A stretch of DNA of 64,000 nt, taken from Fistulifera solaris. Lineage: Eukaryota. Both the position numbers and the translations under genes were made by a program. The stretch lies in the NCBI GenBank assembly GCA_030295235.1, contig AP026164.1:1550001-1614000 (forward strand), in the 5' to 3' direction. This document shows, piece after piece, positions 58,495-64,000 of this stretch. Positions within the stretch are counted from its first letter, which is position 1; every line of letters starts with the position of its first letter. The notes beneath the pieces are model-generated. The model had not been told where the DNA came from and searched no databases. It worked only from the letters and a program-made list of their open reading frames with translations.

Positions 58495-58942
58495 AAGAAA
58501 GGAATCGATTTAAAGAAACGCTGTTCATCCCTGATTTTTGTTTGATGCAATCGTCATTTTCATGATTGTGTGGTTGTCTTGTGTGCTGGGGCAATTTCTT
58601 TCACAGCGTTGAAGGAGCCAATTTCTTTTGTGTGCATTCAGGGAATGACAGGATATATTGAAGAGATTCCACAATTTTATGCTCCGTAGTAGCTAGTCAA
58701 TTGACCTCCACATCCACGTACGATTAATCGTAATAAAGTTGGTCCCTGTGTCGACCAACCATGGCTCGCGCCTTGTGTCTACAACTTCGTTTTTGAACTG
58801 GCTTCCTATCTAATCCTTGCAATTATGAAGCGTGTTACCGAAAACAAAACGCATGTAAAGTGATTTCGTTACAACTACAAGAATGTGAATAACTATCTAG
58901 CCTTGTCTAATCTCACAATAATAGAGGAGGGGTAGTGCCGAT

Positions 58943-59505
58943 TTAGTTCCCGCTGTCCATCCATTTGTGAAATATGCTCTGGATGCCGAGGATATCTGTG
59001 GGCGGTTCTCCATATTTGTTTTCTTCTTCTCCTTTGATACCTTTGACAAACGACGTTATTACTAAGCGTTCGGCAACTATTTTGGGAATGGTTTGTCCTT
59101 CGGGATTTCTTAAAGCCGTGACCTCCAAGGAGTGATCCGCCGTTTCTTCAATATAGAACCGTATACCACCTTCGATGCCCGACTTGATATCTGTTTTCTT
59201 GCGCAAAACTTCACTTCGACACCATCATCTTCCGTCGGTACATACATCAGCGGTTGTACGGGTAAGACGGCGGAAAACGGAAAGGATTGACTGTATTGCG
59301 AAAGCTTTCGCTTGGCTTCTGCTACAGTGTGACCCGCACGTATACCCAGTTTGACGCGGAGTAAGATTTCTTCATCATCTTTTTTGAAGGCTTGTTGCCG
59401 TGTTGTGGAAATTTGGGCCCGTGGACGCAACGTCACGACAAAACAATCCGTCATGGGCGCTGTTGCGAAACAGAAGAACGCAATAATCAATGCAAGTAAT
59501 CTCAT
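58943..59505 (-). CDS. Hypothetical plastid-targeted protein; frameshift at ~59207
   Basis: MRLLALIIAFF...TDC-FVV presequence; FPFSAVLPVQPL...VKF/RKKT...EGGIRF. Confidence 0.7.
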
Positions 59506-60072
59506 AGCTGTGATGGCTTCAACTCGCTATTTTTTGAGAGTGTTTCTATAAGAAGGAAAAAAAAACAAGGATGATGACTGAATTTCGTAGTTTCTCATGA
59601 ACACACAGTTCGTCGTCATTTCCTGGAACGTTTTTTTTTCGTCGGTCCACGCGTTTTGAATTACCCCCTATTTTCTCCCTCTGCTGGTCCGGGATTCACT
59701 CAGTCACGGGTTTCCTCCAACGGTCATGGCACGAGCTGAACATAAACGAAAAGTAGTGACTTATGCGGGACCGCCTAAGTATGAAACCAAGACTCGAGGG
59801 GACTATGGCTTGCAAACTAGATACAGGACCTCCCCATTGAGTTGCCTAGACGTTTTTAATACCGGTCCCGAGGTTATTTTCATCTGCAACACGTCGGTTT
59901 CTCCTCGTCGTCGGTCAACGCCTCTCTCCCTTTCTTGCTTTTTCTCGAGAGCCGACGGGAGAGAGAGAGAGCAACGCGATGATGAAGGAAACGAACAACC
60001 CTGTTATCTCTCTTTAACGGTGAATATGTCTTTGATCACTTCAGCTACAAGTTACTTTTAATACAATCTACA

Positions 60073-61756
60073 ATGGCAAATTTACCTCCCTATTCCACCT
60101 ATCGAACGGATTCAAAGGTAAGCCCAACAGTCGAAAAACATCCGACCGACGGTGTGGAAAACAGTTTGTATTTGAATTGAAAACACTTTATTTGCAACAA
60201 AGAAGAAACGATTCAATTATGCGTTGCGAACTTGTGTCAGTCATGTTGCTGCGGAAATTACAGAGGCGTTTTTCCAATCCTCGTGCGGTAATCGGATGTG
60301 CAAGATTACCCTTTGTCTCTTGTCCCCGAGCTTTGTTGACCCTTCTTGATAAGCTAAAACTTTACCCTGGTAAAGACAATACGTTGCAACGAGACAGGTT
60401 TCTCACACAGTTGATATTTGTTCTCCTTGTTCAGCAAATGATGTTTCCCCAGGCAACATCACACGGAGTAAGTGACCTACCCACGCAAACCACTGGATTG
60501 CTCGGATCGCCTCACTCATACTGTTTTCGTCCGAATGAATCAGAATACTTTATCCTTTGTTCTTCCTGGTTCCAAGCAACAACTCAACGTGAAATTCCCC
60601 GATTCGCGGCTGGCGGTTTGCGAAAAGTGTAAGAAAAATTTTAAAACGAGAGATATGTGTCGTGTTCGGAATAATCATACGGCACCACCCTGGACGACCG
60701 CCTACATTTGTGTGACGATCGATGATTCGTGCTTAGACGAGAATGGAAAGTATACGGATAAACCATTGACTGTGCGGATGGTGCAGTGGCAACCGTACTG
60801 TGTCAAAAAGCCGTTTGGTGGCTCCAAAACACCGGTCTGTGCCGCCTGCAAGCGCACCAATCGCACACGGAGTTTTTGTCGAGAGCGACACAAACATCGT
60901 TTACTTCCTTGGTGTACGGTCTATGTACTCTTGTCCTCTCTGGACGCTGCCGATCCGTCAACCGTCGTAGCGGACCCATCCAGTTTGGTCGATGACAAGG
61001 AGACCAGTGACGTCGTAAAAGAGGAGAAGAAGAGGCCGACGAGGGAGGAGGAAGAAACAGAAGAACAAGAAAAGCCATCAGCCGAGGAAAAGGCTGGCGA
61101 AGACGAGACACCAAAAGAGTTGGAACAACAGGAAGACGAGAAGAATTCTCGTGATGATCAAACCGTTCTTACCATCAACAGTGACAACGGCGATCCCGGC
61201 GACGATATCAACGATATTGCTGAAAGTCGAACCTTTCTGGTCAAACTATCCTGTCGTGGGATATCCGTGCACTGGCTAGAGCTTTCTGAGTACGACTCTT
61301 CCGAAAATGCCCCGTTCCCTGGACAAATGCAAACCGAGACACAGCAGTTCGTATCGGGGATGGGGATACCCGGTATGGATCCGAATATGACGTATTTCAA
61401 TCACAATGCCAGTTATGCCGCACAGCAACACCAAAATGCGTTGCAGTCACGGCAACAATATTTCTTTCAAATGCAGCAGCAACAGCAGCAATTTGGTAAG
61501 CGCCAGGAATGGGCATCCTTTGCACCGAATGGGCCACAACCGGGAGATCATGGCGCCGAAGTAGCTGGTCACCCTCCGGCGGCTTGGGGGTTGTATTACG
61601 CACCGGCGGGGGTTATGCCCCAAGCCATCACATTGGCGGGCATGAACCAGGCGGACACTCGGGGTGCCACAGCATGGGGCGGAGGGGCACAACAATGTCT
61701 ACTCGGGGAGTCCCCATCGGAACGAAGAGCAGGGGGCGAAACGACAGCGCATCTAA
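60073..61756 (+). CDS. Protein with two CxxC...C...H zinc-finger-like repeats, an acidic linker and a Q-rich region (putative regulator); introns 60118-60434 and 60468-60543
   Basis: In-frame GT-AG splicing of MANLPPYSTYRTDSK|QMMFPQATSHG|NTLSFV; CEKCKKNFKTRDMCRVRNNHTAPPW and CAACKRTNRTRSFCRERHKHRLLPW. The likely end AKRQRI* at 61756 requires an indel correction. Confidence 0.7.
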
Positions 61757-61818
61757 AGCTAACACGATTGTGTAAAGTAAAAACAAAGACGTTTGCGAAT
61801 ATGCACTTTACGGGTTTG

Positions 61819-63183
61819 TTAATTTATGTAACCGTAAAGCTTTAACTTGTCTTCATCTTTCCGCCAGTCTTTGCTAACTTTCACGTTCAAATTCAGATAC
61901 ACCTGTTTTTTTGTTGTTAAGGGTGTTAGAAAACGCAAGGATGGATGCAAGTTACCGCGCTGAATGGCCGAACTCATACGTACCGATGTATCAAGAAATT
62001 TCTCGATTTTGGCCCGTGCCTTCGTTCCCACTTCTTTTATCTTCTCGCCTTTCTTTCCTATGACGATCAATTTTTGACTGTCTCGTTCAACGATCACAGA
62101 GGCAGCAATCCGTGTCACGGGTTTGGAATTTCCCACATCACGAGGCTCTTTGAACTCTTCTATTTGAACTTCGCAACAATAGGGAAGTTCCTTGTTCAGA
62201 CATTCAAAGAGAGATGATCGTATGATCTCCGAGGCAATAAACCTTTCCGTTCGATCGGTCAATGCTTCTTGATCATACAAAGGTGGACTTTGCGGCAGTA
62301 GCGCTTTCGCTTCCTCATCGGTAAGGAATCGTACATTCGGTTTAGCATACATTCCGGGCACGGGTCTGCCCAATTCTCGCAATGACTCTGGAACGCCAGG
62401 TCCTCCTACCAGTAAACGACGAAGAGCCACGACACCGGGATCATTGGGACCCTTACTAGCAGAACACGGAAGAATCGCCAACGCGTCGGGCAAAAGTTGC
62501 CGCCAGATGGCCACCGCCTGCTCGACGGTTACCGATTTGTCCTGATTCTCCGGAGCTGTCACGTTTACCACCGAAGCCAGGTCAATCTTATTAATCACAA
62601 CAATGGTTGGTTTCCCGCTGCGCTGAACTTTGGCAAATAATTCGTCGTCGGGTATGGGCGTACTGAAAAGATCCGTGACCACCATCAACACGTCGGCATC
62701 CCGAAACGCCCCCACGACGGCCTCCATCATTCCCTCTTGTAGTTTATAAGAAGGAGTCGCAATAACACCCGGTGTGTCGACCAAACATACTTGACACGAC
62801 TCGGTCGTCAACAATCCCAAAATGGCGTGTCGTGTCGTTTGGGGCCGCGCTGTCGTGATGCACAAATCTTCTTGCAGCAATGCATTGAGTAGAGTGCTTT
62901 TCCCCATGTTGGGTGCACCAATGATACTAATGAATCCACAACGGTAATCTGTAAAATCTGATCCTTTGAGTCGGCCACTGTAATCAAATTGGGAATCGAG
63001 TTTTTCGAATAATAATTTGCCATTCTTGTTGATGGATATCTCTGGTTCTTTATCTTCATCTTCAGTAAGAGACTGCATATGGCGATAGGACCGTGATATT
63101 TGCTTCCAACCGATAGTGAACGAAGCTACCGAGGTGAGTCTCGCGGTCATAACAAGTAAATGCAGTATTTGGAGTGGCTTCAT
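61819..63183 (-). CDS. era: Organellar (probably plastid) Era GTPase; in-frame 81-bp intron 61903-61983
   Basis: VASF presequence; GAPNMGKST, QTTR, DTPG, NKID; ELPY; VERDSQK.IVIGKKG KH domain; VKV.KDWR. Confidence 0.93.
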   Translation of the reverse strand: MKPLQILHLLVMTARLTSVASFTIGWKQISRSYRHMQSLTEDEDKEPEISINKNGKLLFEKLDSQFDYSGRLKGSDFTDYRCGFISIIGAPNMGKSTLLNALLQEDLCITTARPQTTRHAILGLLTTESCQVCLVDTPGVIATPSYKLQEGMMEAVVGAFRDADVLMVVTDLFSTPIPDDELFAKVQRSGKPTIVVINKIDLASVVNVTAPENQDKSVTVEQAVAIWRQLLPDALAILPCSASKGPNDPGVVALRRLLVGGPGVPESLRELGRPVPGMYAKPNVRFLTDEEAKALLPQSPPLYDQEALTDRTERFIASEIIRSSLFECLNKELPYCCEVQIEEFKEPRDVGNSKPVTRIAASVIVERDSQKLIVIGKKGEKIKEVGTKARAKIEKFLDTSVRMSSAIQRGNLHPSLRFLTPLTTKKQVYLNLNVKVSKDWRKDEDKLKLYGYIN

Positions 63184-63892
63184 GATGATTCGTCGTGCTC
63201 AAGGAACAAGTGGAACGGAAATGGAAGAACCGCTGTCGCGTGGCAGATTGCGGGATCGATTATGAAACAGAAATATTTCTGCGTGAGTTTTCAGCGTAGT
63301 GGACTTCTTCTTTTCTGCTTTGTTGATTGTGAGGGTCGAGACTGTTCGGCTGGTGATGAAAGATGTGATGGGGGCGTCGAACATCAAACTCATGAAAACG
63401 TTTTGAACTCGTTTCTTTTGTAGGCGTTTTTGGTGGGTGGAGCAACGAGCAATAACAAAAGGGTAGGAGTTTCGCACTTGTTCCGTCCTACGCCCGTTGC
63501 GATAATTCGTTCCATGACGTCACAAGAAGATGTTTTTAAGTTATTCCATCCGGTAATCGCAGGAAAGAAGTAGACCCGTGTGTTGGTATGGTCATGGACA
63601 CAGTCATTCGTTCGCGGCAACGCAACGGATAGCCAAGGCGAACGTGCGGTGCGTGCGTTTCACCCTTGAACTATCGACGCTAAAGTAGCGTACAATCTTT
63701 TTCACTCGTACCAAAGGCTGCTGCGATGGAGGGCGAACGCCGAAGATTTTTCATCCAACTGCAGCACACGCCGCAGACCAGCAACAACACAGATGAAATT
63801 AAAAAAAGAGTCAAGGAGGTTGTAATACAAAAGCAAACAAAGATATATATATATTGACGTCTTTTGGGAATTGATTTACAAAAGATTAAGCG

Positions 63893-63931
63893 ATGGCAGC
63901 CGTTCCGCTCACCTTTAGCAATGTGCTAAAC
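63893..63931 (+). CDS. First coding exon, possibly of clathrin heavy chain (partial)
   Basis: The exon encodes MAAVPLTFSNVLN followed by a GTAAGT donor; it resembles clathrin heavy chain N-termini (PIxFxExLxL), but only 13 aa are visible. Confidence 0.4.
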
Positions 63932-64000
63932 GTAAGTTCGTCCGTGCGATCTTTCGCCCCGTAGAGCATCTACGGCCGTGTTCGTACCTCCTCAACGGTT

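Noticed and set aside
61819..61845. Apparent overlap between the zinc-finger ORF and Era
   Set aside because: Probably an artefact of indels in G runs; a natural end AKRQRI* exists at 61756.
49227..63183. Sigma70 and Era as evidence of bacterial contamination
   Set aside because: Both carry algal plastid presequences, Era has a spliceosomal intron, and they are interleaved with eukaryotic genes.
1..64000. tRNA, rRNA, CRISPR arrays and the many short antisense ORFs
   Set aside because: No cloverleaf, rRNA or array signature was seen; short ORFs opposite real genes are shadow frames.

Overview
Gene-dense eukaryotic nuclear DNA with short GT-AG introns. It is almost certainly from a pennate diatom: there are two Lhcr/FCP antenna genes, several proteins with bipartite signal peptide + ASAF-type plastid presequences, a KRE6-like GH16 transglycosylase and a nucleus-encoded plastid sigma70. 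A degraded gene resembles, from memory, a family expanded in Fistulifera (inference only). About 30 protein genes are recognisable, including a J-domain protein missed by the ORF track, FAN1, MMS2/UEV, COPA, CEPT, RPL37A, Era, a bestrophin, a D27-like isomerase and a bacterial-type GrxB. A complete, very young 7.1-kb Ty1/copia LTR retrotransposon (19320-26419) has a 5-bp TSD, non-canonical TG...GA LTR ends, a half-tRNAiMet-type primer site and internal PPT copies, and it sits 26 bp upstream of a host start codon. Intergenic DNA carries two recurrent palindromic signals (GGTACC/CCGG clusters and GACTGnATTTCAGTCATGA), TGACGT clusters and an HSE-like tandem repeat. Many ORFs are broken by 1-bp indels, often at homopolymers, which most likely reflects uncorrected long-read assembly error, so gene ends are approximate. 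All family calls come from motif recognition by eye; no database search was run.
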